A stretch of DNA of 63,306 nucleotides, the filler included. It is 9 parts of 9 records of this genome, joined end to end, with 100 filler letters (N's around TTAATTAATTAA, not from the genome) between each part and the next. Parts side by side here need not be neighbours in the genome. Positions count along the whole stretch, not along the records: positions 28,784 to 37,839 come from SRR31147125_90800; positions 37,940 to 43,918 come from SRR31147125_90886; 7 more parts are not named here. The stretch is one strand, 5' to 3'. Shown in pieces: positions 31,993 through 43,168 of this stretch. Within the stretch, counting starts at the first letter, position 1; every line of letters begins with the position of its first letter. The notes beneath the pieces are model-generated. The model worked only from the letters and a program-made list of their open reading frames with translations. It ran no database searches and was not told where the DNA came from. Made by a program: the position numbers and the translations under genes.

Positions 31993-33297
31993 ATGAGCGG
32001 ATTGCAAAGCGCAGCGCAGATTCCTGAATTACGAAAACGACTGCTGTTTACCCTTATCATGCTGGCGGTCTACAGGATTGGTGTACAGGTGCCGACTCCT
32101 GGTATCAACAGTGAGGCACTCACCGCATTCTTCCAGCAGAATGCCGGGACGCTGTTCGGCATGTTCAACATGTTCTCCGGTGGAGCGCTCGAGAATTTCT
32201 CGATATTCGCTCTCGGAATCATGCCCTACATCAGTGCATCGATCATCATGCAACTGCTTACGGTCGTGATCCCTCAACTTGAATCGCTGAAAAAAGAAGG
32301 CGAAGCCGGACGGAGAAAAATTACTCAGTACACCCGTTACGGAACAGTTGTGCTCAGTGTGATACAGGGATCGTTCATTGCCGTTGGGCTCGAGGGAATG
32401 ACAGGCCCGGGAGGCGAAATGATCGTTCTCGTTCCCGGTATCCAGTTTATGCTGATGACGATGATCACGCTTACCGCCGGTACCGCGTTTTTGATGTGGC
32501 TCGGTGAGCAGATGACCGAACGGGGTGTGGGTAACGGTATCTCCCTTATCATTTTCGCTGGTATTATTGCACGTGGACCTTCAGCGATCATCAACTCTTT
32601 CGAATTGGTTAGGGCGGGTGAGATCCAGATGTTCTTCGTACCGTTTATCATCCTGATGATGTTCGGTGTTATCGCCCTGATCGTCTATTTTGAAACCGCT
32701 CAGCGACGTATCCCGATTCAGTATGCAAAGCGTGTCGTCGGCAGAAGGGTTTATGGTGGACAGGCGTCCCACCTCCCGCTGAAAATTAATGTTTCCGGGG
32801 TTATTCCGCCGATTTTCGCCTCTTCGATCATGATGTTTCCGGCAACGATCGGATCCTTTATTCAGATCGACTGGGTACAACGGGTTTCTGCAGCAATGTC
32901 TCCCGGAACGATTTACTACTACATCTGTTTCATCGGCATGATCGTGTTCTTCTGCTTTTTCTATGCGGCGGTCCAGTTCAAGCCGGAAGACGTAGCTGAG
33001 AACCTGCGCAAGAATGGCGGATTCATTCCGGGCATTCGTCCCGGGAAACGGACTGCTGAATTTATCGATAAAGCCCTGACCCGGCTTACCGTTATCGGCG
33101 CAATTTATTTAAGTGCAGTTTGTGTACTGCCAACAATCTTGATAGCCAAGCTCAATCTTCCCTTCTATTTCGGTGGTACCGCACTGCTGATCGTCGTTGG
33201 TGTAAGTATAGATACGATTTCCCAGATCGAATCGCATCTGGTGATGAGAAATTACGAAGGGTTCATGAAGCAGGGTAAAATCAAGGGCAGGAGATAG
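31993..33297 (+). CDS. secY: Preprotein translocase SecY
   Basis: SIFALGIMPYISASII, GNGISLIIFAGI, GGFIPGIRPG, FGGTALLIVVGV. Confidence 0.98.
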   Translation: MSGLQSAAQIPELRKRLLFTLIMLAVYRIGVQVPTPGINSEALTAFFQQNAGTLFGMFNMFSGGALENFSIFALGIMPYISASIIMQLLTVVIPQLESLKKEGEAGRRKITQYTRYGTVVLSVIQGSFIAVGLEGMTGPGGEMIVLVPGIQFMLMTMITLTAGTAFLMWLGEQMTERGVGNGISLIIFAGIIARGPSAIINSFELVRAGEIQMFFVPFIILMMFGVIALIVYFETAQRRIPIQYAKRVVGRRVYGGQASHLPLKINVSGVIPPIFASSIMMFPATIGSFIQIDWVQRVSAAMSPGTIYYYICFIGMIVFFCFFYAAVQFKPEDVAENLRKNGGFIPGIRPGKRTAEFIDKALTRLTVIGAIYLSAVCVLPTILIAKLNLPFYFGGTALLIVVGVSIDTISQIESHLVMRNYEGFMKQGKIKGRR

Positions 33298-33300
33298 CAG

Positions 33301-34095
33301 GTGAGTGGTGCTGCTGAAGACTCCGGCGGTAAATTGATCACGATCAAGAATCGTAACGAGATCCGCATCATGCAGGAGGCCAACCAGATTGTGGCTGAAG
33401 TCCTGTCGATGCTGCAGGACAAAGTTGAGCCTGGAATCACCACCCTTGAGCTCGACCAGTTGGCTGAGAGCCTGTGCAGAAAGCGCGGGGCTGCACCTGC
33501 CTTCAAGGGGTATCGCGGATTTCCAGGCAGTCTCTGTGTGTCGATCAACGAAGAAGTCGTACATGGGATACCGTCCAGAAAGCGAAAGTTGAAGAAGGGC
33601 GACATTCTTTCAGTGGATTTCGGTACGCTCTTCAACGGGTACTACGGTGATTCTGCTGTGACCATACCGGTGGGCAAGGTGGACAACATTAAACACCGGT
33701 TGCTCAAGGTGACTGAAGACTCTCTGGTAAAGGCTATTGAGCAGGTGCGGGTAGGCAATCGCATTTCAGATATATCTGCGGCCGTGCAGGAACATGTGGA
33801 ACAAAGCGGTTTTGCTATTGTCAGGCAGTTTGTCGGGCACGGCATCGGTTCATCCCTCCACGAGGCTCCGGAGGTTCCGAATTTTGTCCAGGGCAACAGT
33901 TCTCCCAGGCTGCAGGAGGGGATGGTCGTGGCCATCGAACCGATGGTCAATGTGGGTACCCATAAGGTGAAGGTGTTGAGAGACGGTTGGACGGTGGTAA
34001 CCTGCGACAATAAACCGTCGGCTCATTTCGAACACTCGGTTGCGGTAACCGCCGATGGGCCACTGGTGTTGAGTTCCAGGACCGCATTTAATTGA
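33301..34095 (+). CDS. map: Methionine aminopeptidase type I
   Basis: SINEEVVHGIP, GHGIG, AIEPM, SAHFEHSV. Confidence 0.95.
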   Translation: MSGAAEDSGGKLITIKNRNEIRIMQEANQIVAEVLSMLQDKVEPGITTLELDQLAESLCRKRGAAPAFKGYRGFPGSLCVSINEEVVHGIPSRKRKLKKGDILSVDFGTLFNGYYGDSAVTIPVGKVDNIKHRLLKVTEDSLVKAIEQVRVGNRISDISAAVQEHVEQSGFAIVRQFVGHGIGSSLHEAPEVPNFVQGNSSPRLQEGMVVAIEPMVNVGTHKVKVLRDGWTVVTCDNKPSAHFEHSVAVTADGPLVLSSRTAFN

Positions 34096-34176
34096 GAGAA
34101 GATAATACTTCTCTTTTTTGAGATTATGTATTATAATAGTCTGTTTTGACGATTATTGATTATATCGGGAAAGACC

Positions 34177-34413
34177 ATGGCAAAGGAAGAAGCGATAGAG
34201 GTTGAAGGAACGATTATTGAGCCGTTACCCAACGCCATGTTCAGGGTGGAACTGGACAATGGCCATAAGGTGCTCGCTCATATTTCCGGTAAAATGAGAA
34301 TGCATTTTATCAAGATCTTGCCGGGTGATCGTGTAACCGTTGAGCTCTCGCCTTATGACCTGACGCGCGGAAGGGTGACGTTCAGGGCGAAAAATGCCAA
34401 GAAAAAGAAATAA
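34177..34413 (+). CDS. infA: Translation initiation factor IF-1
   Basis: [11 protein letters not shown]...AHISGKMR. Confidence 0.97.
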   Translation: MAKEEAIEVEGTIIEPLPNAMFRVELDNGHKVLAHISGKMRMHFIKILPGDRVTVELSPYDLTRGRVTFRAKNAKKKK

Positions 34414-34426
34414 TTGAGGTAGCACC

Positions 34427-34540
34427 ATGAAAGTTCGGTCTTCAGTGAAAAAGATTTGCAGCGACTGCAAGGTGTATAAACGTAACGGCGTTGTCCGCGT
34501 GTCATGCAAAGTAAAAAAACACAAGCAAAAGCAGGGATAA
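34427..34540 (+). CDS. rpmJ: 50S ribosomal protein L36 (not in the ORF track)
   Basis: Translated by hand: [37 protein letters not shown]. Confidence 0.95.
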   Translation: MKVRSSVKKICSDCKVYKRNGVVRVSCKVKKHKQKQG

Positions 34541-34572
34541 GGATCCCGATAATTATCTAAAGGAGATACATC

Positions 34573-34938
34573 TTGGCACGTATAGCAGGAGTTGACCTTC
34601 CCAAAAACAAGCATATGGATCGGGCCTTAACCTATATCTATGGTATTGGTTTGACCTCGGCACGGAAAATCCTCGACAAGGTTGATCTTCCTTACACGAT
34701 GAACAGTGACGATCTCAGCGGCGATGATGTCAATCGTATTCGCAAAGTGATCGAGGATGACTTCGTCGTTGAAGGTGACAGGCGCAGGGAGGTGTCCATG
34801 GACATCAAGCGTCTGATGGACCTCGGTTGTTACCGCGGTCGTCGCCATCGCCAGGGACTGCCGGTGAGAGGGCAGAAGACCAAGACCAACGCCCGGACTA
34901 GAAAAGGCCCCCGTCGCGGTGCCGTACGCCGGAAGTAA
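34573..34938 (+). CDS. rpsM: 30S ribosomal protein S13
   Basis: [10 protein letters not shown]...[18 protein letters not shown]. Confidence 0.97.
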   Translation: MARIAGVDLPKNKHMDRALTYIYGIGLTSARKILDKVDLPYTMNSDDLSGDDVNRIRKVIEDDFVVEGDRRREVSMDIKRLMDLGCYRGRRHRQGLPVRGQKTKTNARTRKGPRRGAVRRK

Positions 34939-34964
34939 TAACATAACTTAACAGGTATAGAAGA

Positions 34965-35363
34965 ATGGCTGCTGCAAAAAAGACGGAGACCCGGTCTAAG
35001 CGCAAGGTTAAAAAGAATATTCCTGAGGGTATTGTACATATCTACTCTACCTTCAACAATACCATCGTAACGATTTCCGATAAACAGGGAAACGTTGTGT
35101 CCTGGTGTAGTTCTGGTGTCCTTGGTTTCAAGGGGTCCCGCAAGTCTACGCCGTTTGCTGCCCAGAATGCCGTTACCGATGCTACCAGGAAGGCTACTGA
35201 TCAGGGGATGAAAAAAGTCGAAGTCAAGGTTAAGGGTCCCGGACCCGGTCGTGAGGCTGCGCTGCGCGCACTGATCAACGCCGGTCTTGAGGTTACCCGG
35301 ATCTATGATGTAACCCCGGTCCCGCACAACGGTTGTAAGCCGCCCAAGCGCCGCCGCGTGTAG
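34965..35363 (+). CDS. rpsK: 30S ribosomal protein S11
   Basis: STFNNTIVT...[10 protein letters not shown]. Confidence 0.97.
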   Translation: MAAAKKTETRSKRKVKKNIPEGIVHIYSTFNNTIVTISDKQGNVVSWCSSGVLGFKGSRKSTPFAAQNAVTDATRKATDQGMKKVEVKVKGPGPGREAALRALINAGLEVTRIYDVTPVPHNGCKPPKRRRV

Positions 35364-35444
35364 TTGCCGCGTCTCATTATCATGCGCTAAGCGGGACTAT
35401 CGGTTTCTGAGAAGTAAATCAGTTATAAATCAACGGAGGCTAAG

Positions 35445-36074
35445 TTGGCTAGAGATACAGGGGCAGCGTGTCGGCGCTGCAGGCGTGAAGGACTCAAGTT
35501 ATTCCTGAAAGGGGATCGCTGTTACTCGGATAAATGCTCGTTTGAGCGTCGGGCATTTGCCCCGGGACAGCATGGTCAGGCACGATTCAGAAAACAGTCT
35601 GATTTTGCAGTTCAGCTCAGAGAGAAGCAGAAGGTTAAGAGCATGTACGGAATGCTCGAAGGTCAGTTCAGGCAATATTTCCGGAAGGCAGATCTGCAGA
35701 AAGGCGTGACGGGTGAAAATCTCCTTATCATGCTCGAACGCCGGCTCGACAATGTCGTGTTCAGGATGGGATTTGCTTCTTCGCGCAACCAGGCGCGTCA
35801 GCTTGTCAGGCACAAGCATGTACTTGTCAATGGGCGCAAGGTGAACATCCCTTCGTTCCAGATATCTGTTGGGGATGTCGTCACCATCAAGGAAAAGAGC
35901 AGGGCGAATACCCAGGTGAATGAGAGCCTTGAGGCCGTCGAAAGGCGTGGCGTCCCGAGCTGGATAGAACTGGACAAGAAAGGATACACATCGACCGTAA
36001 AAGCGCTGCCGAATCGTGAGGAACTCACCATGCCGATTCAGGAGCAGCTCATCGTCGAGTTGTACTCTAAATAA
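35445..36074 (+). CDS. rpsD: 30S ribosomal protein S4
   Basis: [15 protein letters not shown]...LERRLDNVV...IVELYSK. Confidence 0.97.
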   Translation: MARDTGAACRRCRREGLKLFLKGDRCYSDKCSFERRAFAPGQHGQARFRKQSDFAVQLREKQKVKSMYGMLEGQFRQYFRKADLQKGVTGENLLIMLERRLDNVVFRMGFASSRNQARQLVRHKHVLVNGRKVNIPSFQISVGDVVTIKEKSRANTQVNESLEAVERRGVPSWIELDKKGYTSTVKALPNREELTMPIQEQLIVELYSK

Positions 36075-36232
36075 TTAGGTAACAGGAATTTCGGCGGGCT
36101 CCCGGTTCTGATGAACCGGGTGATCCGTCGTTATCAATTGAAAGTCTCGATAGAAACGGCACAGGACTCCCATTACGGGAGCAGAAGGCTGTTCAGTTGT
36201 CGAGGCTGCATAAACATTGACCAAGGGATGAT

Positions 36233-37270
36233 ATGACTCACGCTGCCGACGAAAACATACCTTTTTACCGGAACTGGCACGAGCTTATTAAGCCTGAGAA
36301 GCTTGAGACCGACAAGGATCGCCATACCGAATCCTATGCGAAGATTGTCTGCCAGCCCCTCGAGCGTGGATTTGCAACAACGATTGGCAACTCGCTGAGA
36401 CGTATCCTGCTTTCATCGATACAGGGCGCTGCCATAACGACCGTCAAAATCGAGGGTGCGCTGCACGAATTTACCACCCTCAAGGACGTGATGGAAGATG
36501 TCAGCGAGATTATTCTGAACATCAAGCAGATTCGCCTGAAAATGAACTGCGAGCAAGCCCAGAAAATCGTCGTCGAGAAAAAAGGGCCCGGCGAAGTCAA
36601 GGCCGGGGATATCATTCCCTCAGCATATGTTGAGGTTATGAATCCTGATCAGCTGATCTGCACGCTCACCGGGGAATCTGAGTTTTCCGCCGAAATGACG
36701 GTGGAGTGGGGGAAGGGCTATCTTCCTGCAGAGCGACAGGAAAAAGATGACCTCTCTATCGGGCAGATTCCGATAGATGCGATTTTTTCTCCGATCAAGC
36801 GTATTCAGTATGTCGTCTCCCAGGCGCGTGTCGGTCAAATGACAGATTACGACAAGCTCACCATGGAAATCGAGACGGATGGAAGTGTCACGCCTGAAGA
36901 TTCGCTGGCCTATGCCGCGAAGATTCTGAAAGACCAGATGTCGATCTTCATCAACTTCAACGAGGAGATGGCCGAGCCGGAACTCGAGGACACGGATGAG
37001 GTTGATAAAGAACCGCTGAACCCGTATCTTGATAAACCGGTAGAGGATCTCGAGCTCTCCGTGAGGTCTGCTAACTGTTTGAAGAACGCCGAGATTTACT
37101 TCATCGGTGATCTCGCTCAGAAAACCGATCAGGAAATGTTGAAAACTAAGAATTTCGGACGCAAATCGCTCAATGAAATTAAAACCTTGCTCGCCGAGAT
37201 GGGTCTGACACTGGGCATGAACTTTGACAACTGGCAGCGTCCCGAAATTCCGGAAAAGATTAAAGAATAA
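36233..37270 (+). CDS. rpoA: RNA polymerase alpha subunit
   Basis: [37 protein letters not shown]. Confidence 0.98.
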   Translation: MTHAADENIPFYRNWHELIKPEKLETDKDRHTESYAKIVCQPLERGFATTIGNSLRRILLSSIQGAAITTVKIEGALHEFTTLKDVMEDVSEIILNIKQIRLKMNCEQAQKIVVEKKGPGEVKAGDIIPSAYVEVMNPDQLICTLTGESEFSAEMTVEWGKGYLPAERQEKDDLSIGQIPIDAIFSPIKRIQYVVSQARVGQMTDYDKLTMEIETDGSVTPEDSLAYAAKILKDQMSIFINFNEEMAEPELEDTDEVDKEPLNPYLDKPVEDLELSVRSANCLKNAEIYFIGDLAQKTDQEMLKTKNFGRKSLNEIKTLLAEMGLTLGMNFDNWQRPEIPEKIKE

Positions 37271-37348
37271 CGACAGATTAAGAGCGGCGCGAAGCGTCCG
37301 GGAACACGTTGACCGGATGGCGACCGATTATCAGTTGAGGAACGAATC

Positions 37349-37741
37349 ATGAGACATGGAAAATCCGGCAGAAAACTCGGCAGGACCAGCGCCCATCGTA
37401 AAGCAATGTTCAGGAACATGGTGACATCATTGTTCGAACATGAGCGTATCGTTACCACCGAGCACAAGGCAAAAGAGCTGCGCCCGATTGCTGAGAAGAT
37501 GATTACGCTCGCTAAGCGTGGTGATCTGCATGCCCGGCGGCAGGCCCTCGGTTATATCCAGAGCAAAGATGTAGTCGCTAAACTGTTTGGTGAAATCCAG
37601 GAGCAGTTCGCGGACCGTCAGGGCGGTTATACGAGGATTATCAAAACCGGTATCCGTCAGGGAGATGCGGCACCGATGGCCATCATTGAACTGATTGGTT
37701 ACGAAGAAGACCTCGGTGTTGACGAGGCTGACGAAAGCTGA
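37349..37741 (+). CDS. rplQ: 50S ribosomal protein L17
   Basis: [17 protein letters not shown]...GGYTRI. Confidence 0.97.
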   Translation: MRHGKSGRKLGRTSAHRKAMFRNMVTSLFEHERIVTTEHKAKELRPIAEKMITLAKRGDLHARRQALGYIQSKDVVAKLFGEIQEQFADRQGGYTRIIKTGIRQGDAAPMAIIELIGYEEDLGVDEADES

Positions 37742-37766
37742 TTTCCCTGTCTTTCGATAATCAAGT

Positions 37767-37808
37767 AAAAAGCTGGCTATGGACTCCGTGTTCATGTCAG
37801 CTTTTTTC
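37767..37808 (+). terminator. Rho-independent terminator after rplQ
   Basis: AAAAAGCTGGC...GTCAGCTTTTTT hairpin with a U tract. Confidence 0.7.
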
Positions 37809-38328
37809 GTATCTGGTTTCCATCCGAAAACGCAGCATTNNNNNNNNNNNNNNNNNNNNNNNNNNNNNNNNNNNNNNNNNNNNTTAATTAATTAANNNNN
37901 NNNNNNNNNNNNNNNNNNNNNNNNNNNNNNNNNNNNNNNGGGCTTGCCCATCTTTCTTCTTTCCAGCTTTTCAGCCAACGTCAACTTTTGTATCATGGTA
38001 GCTCCTTGTATAAAAAATAATATATAATGCCATTCAGAAAAAAAGCCCATTGTAAATTTTCTTTTACAGAAATATCAACTTTGCTGTTTCTTGAAATATT
38101 TTGTCCTGTTTTGTAAGTCTTCTAATTGAATATAATACTACTATGGTTCAATGAAATATAAAAGAATAATTTTCTTCGTCTACGCACCTTATTTGTTATA
38201 GCAATTTGTTGATTTAAACCCGCGCTCTTTAATTCGTTTTTTTATAGTGCAATAATGATTTTTGCATTACAAACAGGAAAGCATACTCGTATATCGAACT
38301 ATATATACATCAAAAGAAAGGACACATC

Positions 38329-38520
38329 ATGGACGGAACAAAACGAAGCAATATCAAGACGGGCGCGCGCGTAAGCGTTGTACAAAAGCAGGATCAACGC
38401 ACAGGCAAACTAACCGAAGGCGTGGTTATGCGCATCCTCACAAACTCGGCAACGCATCCGCATGGAATCAAAGTCATGCTGGAGGGCGGCATCGTCGGAC
38501 GAGTGAAAGAAATATTGTAA
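38329..38520 (+). CDS. YwbE-family small protein
   Basis: KQDQRTGKLTEGVV..ILTNSATHPHGIKVML..G.VGRV; RBS AAGGA. Confidence 0.9.
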   Translation: MDGTKRSNIKTGARVSVVQKQDQRTGKLTEGVVMRILTNSATHPHGIKVMLEGGIVGRVKEIL

Positions 38521-38799
38521 GAAAAGCAGACTGAAAACCTTTGCCCATAATAGGTATCCTTGTCCCTTATCCTCACTTAAAGAGCACAGCAATTGAAGGG
38601 GTAATAAACCTGTCCCCAGAATTGGTACGATTGCCTAAGCGCATCATTCCTCGTTTATAATTCCGCATCCCTGCCCAAAGCTTTTTGCCAGCACTTCATG
38701 TTGACATCTTTATAGAATGCTTGCTATACTACCCTAAACAGATGGATTGCGCTGTTTATATACTTATAACAAGGAGGCGAATTTTCAGCGAAAAACTAA

Positions 38800-38970
38800 A
38801 AACGTTGTTTAGGTGCTTTTCGTATGCAAAAGAGAATAGGGAATTCGGTGAAAATCCGAAACAGCACCCACTACTGTAACTTAGACGAAATTTGATAACA
38901 CCACTGATTTTTATCGGGAAGGTTCAAAGAGTAGGATGATAAGAAGTCAGGAGACCTGCCTAAATACAAA
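38800..38970 (+). ncRNA. Cobalamin riboswitch
   Basis: AGGTGC...AATAGGGAATTCGGTGAAAATCCGAAACAGC.CCC..ACTGT...CCACTG...GGGAAGG...AGTCAGGAGACCTGCC (B12 box), upstream of metE. Confidence 0.92.
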
Positions 38971-39049
38971 GCAATTATTGATTATCTTGGGAGTGAAGAT
39001 AGGCAGTTTTTATTTACCTATTTTCTCCACAAAGACAAGGAGAATTTTT

Positions 39050-41323
39050 ATGTCAAAAAAAGCGATTATCGGCTTTCCGCGAATCGGAAGCCAAAGAGAA
39101 CTAAAATTTTGGACAGAAGACTATTTTAAAGGTCATATTTCTGCAAAGACACTTCAAAAAAACGCTGGTGAGCTGCGTAAAAAGCACTGGCAGCTGCTTA
39201 AAGATCAGGGGCTCGATTACATCCCGTCAAATGACTTTTCGTTTTATGACAGCGTACTAGACATGGCTTATATGCTAAACATTGTTCCAAACGCATACAA
39301 ATCACTTGAGTTTAACGAACTGGATACTTGTTTTGCAATGGCAAGAGGCTATCAGGGCGATCGCGGTGATGTAAAAGCACTGTCTATGCGCAAATGGTTC
39401 AACACAAATTACCACTATATTGTACCGGTTCTTGAAAACGAAACGAAAATCCAGCTAAATAGCGATACGCCTTTCACGCAGTATCAGCAAGCTCGAGAGT
39501 TGGATATTGATACAAACCCCGTCCTTATCGGACCGTTTTCTTTTTTGCAATTAGCGGAATTTGATGGGGATAAAAAACTATTCGTCCCGGATCTTGTAAA
39601 GGCATATTCACAAATACTTAAACGGTTTGCTGCACTTGGCGCCCAATGGGTTCAAATTGATGAGCCCTATCTGGTTATGGATCTAACAAAAGATGATATC
39701 GCGCTGTTCAACATGCTTTATCACGATTTAATCAAAACAGAAAACAAACCAAAACTGCGCCTGCAAACCTATTTCGGTGATATCCGTGACGTATACAAAG
39801 ACGTAATCTCACTTGGGTTTGACGGAATCGGATTGGATTTCGTTGAGGGCAAGCAATCTGTGTCATTAATCTCAACATATGGTTTCCCCGCAGATACGCT
39901 GCTTTTTGCAGGTGTTATAAACGGTAAAAATATATGGCGTACTGATTATAAGAAAAAACTGGACATATTGCACGAACTAACCCAATTTATTAGAAAAGAC
40001 AATGTTGTCATTAATACATCTTCCTCACTGCTTCATGTCCCGTATACACTGAAAAACGAAGCAGAGATGGATCGAGAATACAAGCAGTACTTTGCTTTTG
40101 CTGAAGAAAAGCTTGAAGAGCTAAGTGAGCTAAAAATGCTTTTTGATGACGCGAACTATTTAGAAAATGAACGATATCAAAGAAATCAGTTGTTGATACA
40201 ATCAAAAGAAGACATCTTTAATTCCGATGTTAAAAACCGAATTACCACTTTAACTCCAAGCGATTTCATTCGCAACCCCGATTTTTCAGAGCGCGAATTA
40301 CAGCAGCAAAAAGCACTTAATCTGCCAATGCCGCCCACAACAACCATTGGGTCTTTTCCACAAACAGCAGAAGTTAAATCGCTTCGTTCCGCACTAAAAA
40401 GAAACGAAATCACTAATGAGGAATATACGCGTAAAATCAAGCAAAAAATCAAGGCGTGTATTCTGCTTCAGGAAGAAATTGAGCTTGACGTGTTGGTTCA
40501 TGGCGAATTTGAACGCAACGACATGGTGGAATACTTTGGCCAAAGCCTAGACGGATTCTTATTTACACAAAAAGGCTGGGTACAATCCTACGGTACACGA
40601 TGTGTAAAACCTCCGATTATATGGAGCGATATACAACGCACGCGTCCGCTTACCGTGGAATATAGCGTATATGCGCAAAGCCTGACACAAAAGCCAGTCA
40701 AGGGTATGCTAACCGGTCCTGTAACCATATTGAATTGGTCGTTTCCCAGAGAGGATATCTCAAACAAAGAAATGGCCTTCCAAATTGCGCTTGCGCTAAA
40801 GGACGAAGTGACGGAGCTTGAGTCAGGCGGAATTCGTATTATCCAAATTGATGAAGCTGCGCTGAAAGAAAAACTGCCGCTCAGACGGGCAGACTGGCAT
40901 ACTGATTATTTAAGCTGGGCAATCGATGCGTTCCGATTGGTACATGCATCTGTAAAACCAACAACACAGATTCATACGCATATGTGTTATAGCGAGTTTG
41001 AAGAGATCATAAAGGATATTGACAACATGGATGCCGATGTAATTACGTTTGAAGCATCACGGTCAAATCTTTCAATCATTCAAGCATTAAAGAAAGCCAA
41101 TTTTCAAACTCAAGTGGGGCCCGGGGTCTACGATATTCATTCTCCCCGTGTTCCAAGCCAAAGTGAAATCGAAAACGCAGTGTTGTTCATGCTTAGCAAA
41201 ATTGACAAGCAAAAACTGTGGATTAATCCCGACTGCGGACTCAAAACACGTGGAGAGGCAGAAACAATTGAAAGCTTAAAGAACATGGTAGCTGCAGCAA
41301 AGACCGTCAGAGAAACCCATTAG
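39050..41323 (+). CDS. metE: Cobalamin-independent methionine synthase
   Basis: GFPRIG, KWFNTNYHY, TTTIGSFPQT, HTHMCY, NPDCGLKTR. Start moved to the ATG after AAGGAG. Confidence 0.97.
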   Translation: MSKKAIIGFPRIGSQRELKFWTEDYFKGHISAKTLQKNAGELRKKHWQLLKDQGLDYIPSNDFSFYDSVLDMAYMLNIVPNAYKSLEFNELDTCFAMARGYQGDRGDVKALSMRKWFNTNYHYIVPVLENETKIQLNSDTPFTQYQQARELDIDTNPVLIGPFSFLQLAEFDGDKKLFVPDLVKAYSQILKRFAALGAQWVQIDEPYLVMDLTKDDIALFNMLYHDLIKTENKPKLRLQTYFGDIRDVYKDVISLGFDGIGLDFVEGKQSVSLISTYGFPADTLLFAGVINGKNIWRTDYKKKLDILHELTQFIRKDNVVINTSSSLLHVPYTLKNEAEMDREYKQYFAFAEEKLEELSELKMLFDDANYLENERYQRNQLLIQSKEDIFNSDVKNRITTLTPSDFIRNPDFSERELQQQKALNLPMPPTTTIGSFPQTAEVKSLRSALKRNEITNEEYTRKIKQKIKACILLQEEIELDVLVHGEFERNDMVEYFGQSLDGFLFTQKGWVQSYGTRCVKPPIIWSDIQRTRPLTVEYSVYAQSLTQKPVKGMLTGPVTILNWSFPREDISNKEMAFQIALALKDEVTELESGGIRIIQIDEAALKEKLPLRRADWHTDYLSWAIDAFRLVHASVKPTTQIHTHMCYSEFEEIIKDIDNMDADVITFEASRSNLSIIQALKKANFQTQVGPGVYDIHSPRVPSQSEIENAVLFMLSKIDKQKLWINPDCGLKTRGEAETIESLKNMVAAAKTVRETH

Positions 41324-41442
41324 TTTGATTTTGATTCTCGTTCAGACAATGTATAATAGCGAGCGTGTCCGCGCTCGCTGTTTTTATACAAGCGGCATCA
41401 TCCGCACAACACCTCTTCCAATTCAATCATTCTGCCTTGTCA

Positions 41443-41832
41443 CTACCGCTCTCCCTCTAGCGCATTCGCCACCGCCTTCAAAAATGAGTTGGTTGTCGCC
41501 GTCGCGCCGCTAACGGTATCGATATCGTTTCGCTGCTGCTCAATAACCTCATCAATAATCTCTTGCTTGAACTCTCCTTGACTGTCCGCACCGCTGTTTT
41601 CTCCAACCTGCTCGATCTCAATGATTGTATGGTCTTGCACCGTCACCTGCACAGTGTTGCTCCAGCGCCCGTTATCATAGCTGCCGGTATAAACGCCGTC
41701 GTCAATATCACCAAGGTCAATGGCGGGGATTTCTAGCTCCATCGCTTCTTTCTTGCCAATCGTCCCGATACATGCCAATACGATTGCAAAAACAATGATC
41801 GTAACAAATACGATAAGAATGATTTTGATCAT
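41443..41832 (-). CDS. Membrane-anchored FMN-binding domain protein
   Basis: N-terminal TM helix, DGVYTGSY, flavinylation motif DTVSGAT. Confidence 0.85.
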   Translation of the reverse strand: MIKIILIVFVTIIVFAIVLACIGTIGKKEAMELEIPAIDLGDIDDGVYTGSYDNGRWSNTVQVTVQDHTIIEIEQVGENSGADSQGEFKQEIIDEVIEQQRNDIDTVSGATATTNSFLKAVANALEGER

Positions 41833-41844
41833 TTGATCCTCGCT

Positions 41845-42315
41845 TTACACGTCGCTCAGGCTCCCCACTGCCGCGTCGATTTCCTCATCCTTGTTTTGCG
41901 ATGACCAATGAACAATAGCGCTCTTTGTACAGCGCAGCCCTTTTTGTACGCAAAGTTTTTCGATTGTGCGCACCGCATTGTTACCACCGAGCCACGAACG
42001 CTTTAATTGCTGCGTAACAAGGATACCGCAATCACAAGGTTCTGCTTCCAAGTAGTCGCTTAAATATTTCTTCATAACGCTGCACAGCGAAAACGCTTGG
42101 ACAGGCGCGCCGAAGATCAGCTTGTCATAGCCCGACGGTTTGGGTATGTTCGTCAGCCGCATCGGCTCTCTCGAATTGGATTCTGCACCGACAGCGGTAA
42201 TCCGTTCAATCACCGTATCGTGCCCTTTTTCATTCAGCTTCTTTTGAATCTTCTGCGCAACACACATCGTGTTGCCCGTCTGCGAATAGATCACCAGTCC
42301 GATTTTCATTTCCAT
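41845..42315 (-). CDS. Flavodoxin-family protein
   Basis: YSQTGNT FMN phosphate-binding loop; FGAPV. Confidence 0.85.
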   Translation of the reverse strand: MEMKIGLVIYSQTGNTMCVAQKIQKKLNEKGHDTVIERITAVGAESNSREPMRLTNIPKPSGYDKLIFGAPVQAFSLCSVMKKYLSDYLEAEPCDCGILVTQQLKRSWLGGNNAVRTIEKLCVQKGLRCTKSAIVHWSSQNKDEEIDAAVGSLSDV

Positions 42316-42336
42316 TCAACCTCCGTTTATTTGATA

Positions 42337-42936
42337 TCACTTTCCTCTTAAAATAAAGTCAGTCATGTCCGCCAAGTCTTTATATACTTTTTCCTTGGTT
42401 AGTCCGTTCGAAGAAAAATACAATGAAAGCAATCCGTAAAACCCATAGATCATCGTTTTTGCAATCACAGGTACGTCCTTGCGCTCTATGATGCCTTGAC
42501 CCACAAGCCCGTTGTATGTCTCCCAAAACGCCTCGCCGATATCAATATCGTCAAACATCGTCGGACAATGCACCTTAAAATGATAATTATACAAAAAATT
42601 ATAGATGTTAGGATTTTCAATCAAATAGTCAATATACTTTTTATTCTGGGCTTGCATATCGCTTTTTGTATATGCGATATCCTTCATGTATTCGCCCATA
42701 TAGCTTAAAATGTCTTGAATCATGATCTTTTTAACATCACACAAAAGCGCATCAAGATCGGCATAATAATTATAAATACTCCCATAAGAATACCCGGACT
42801 GGTCTGCGATTTTCCTTACAGTGACGTGATGCACCCCTTCAGATATAATGATATCTTTCGCTGCTTGTAAAAAATACGACTTGATCCGATCGGCTTTTAT
42901 GTTTTTCTTTTCATCCGATAAATGAACGTTCATCAT
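42337..42936 (-). CDS. TetR/AcrR-family regulator
   Basis: TVRKIADQSGYSYGSIYNYY HTH. Confidence 0.9.
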   Translation of the reverse strand: MMNVHLSDEKKNIKADRIKSYFLQAAKDIIISEGVHHVTVRKIADQSGYSYGSIYNYYADLDALLCDVKKIMIQDILSYMGEYMKDIAYTKSDMQAQNKKYIDYLIENPNIYNFLYNYHFKVHCPTMFDDIDIGEAFWETYNGLVGQGIIERKDVPVIAKTMIYGFYGLLSLYFSSNGLTKEKVYKDLADMTDFILRGK

Positions 42937-42964
42937 ATACCGCCCTTAACAATGATATGTTTTT

Positions 42965-42995
42965 TTAACTCTGTTAATATACTTAACACCGTTAA
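42965..42995. promoter_or_regulatory. Tandem palindromes TTAAC-N3-GTTAA, probable TetR operator
   Basis: TTAACTCTGTTAA and TTAACACCGTTAA lie 30-60 nt upstream of the TetR start. Confidence 0.6.
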
Positions 42996-43074
42996 GCATA
43001 TTGGGGGCTCTCGTTTTTGTCAAGCTCCCAAAGCCAAATTTGCATAGAACTATCTCTATATATTTAGACAAATA

Positions 43075-43115
43075 AAAGCGCCTCATATTGCATTGTTTTT
43101 GCAAAAGGAGGCGCT
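43075..43115 (-). terminator. Terminator downstream of metK
   Basis: AGCGCCTC...GAGGCGCT hairpin with a T tract on the minus strand. Confidence 0.6.
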
Positions 43116-43168
43116 AGTATCTTTCGCGCTTCGTTTCAAACGCTAAAATTTAGGTTTGTGTATAAGTA

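Noticed and set aside
38936-39049. 38-aa N-terminal extension of MetE
   Set aside because: It overlaps the riboswitch. The RBS and homology support the ATG at 39050.
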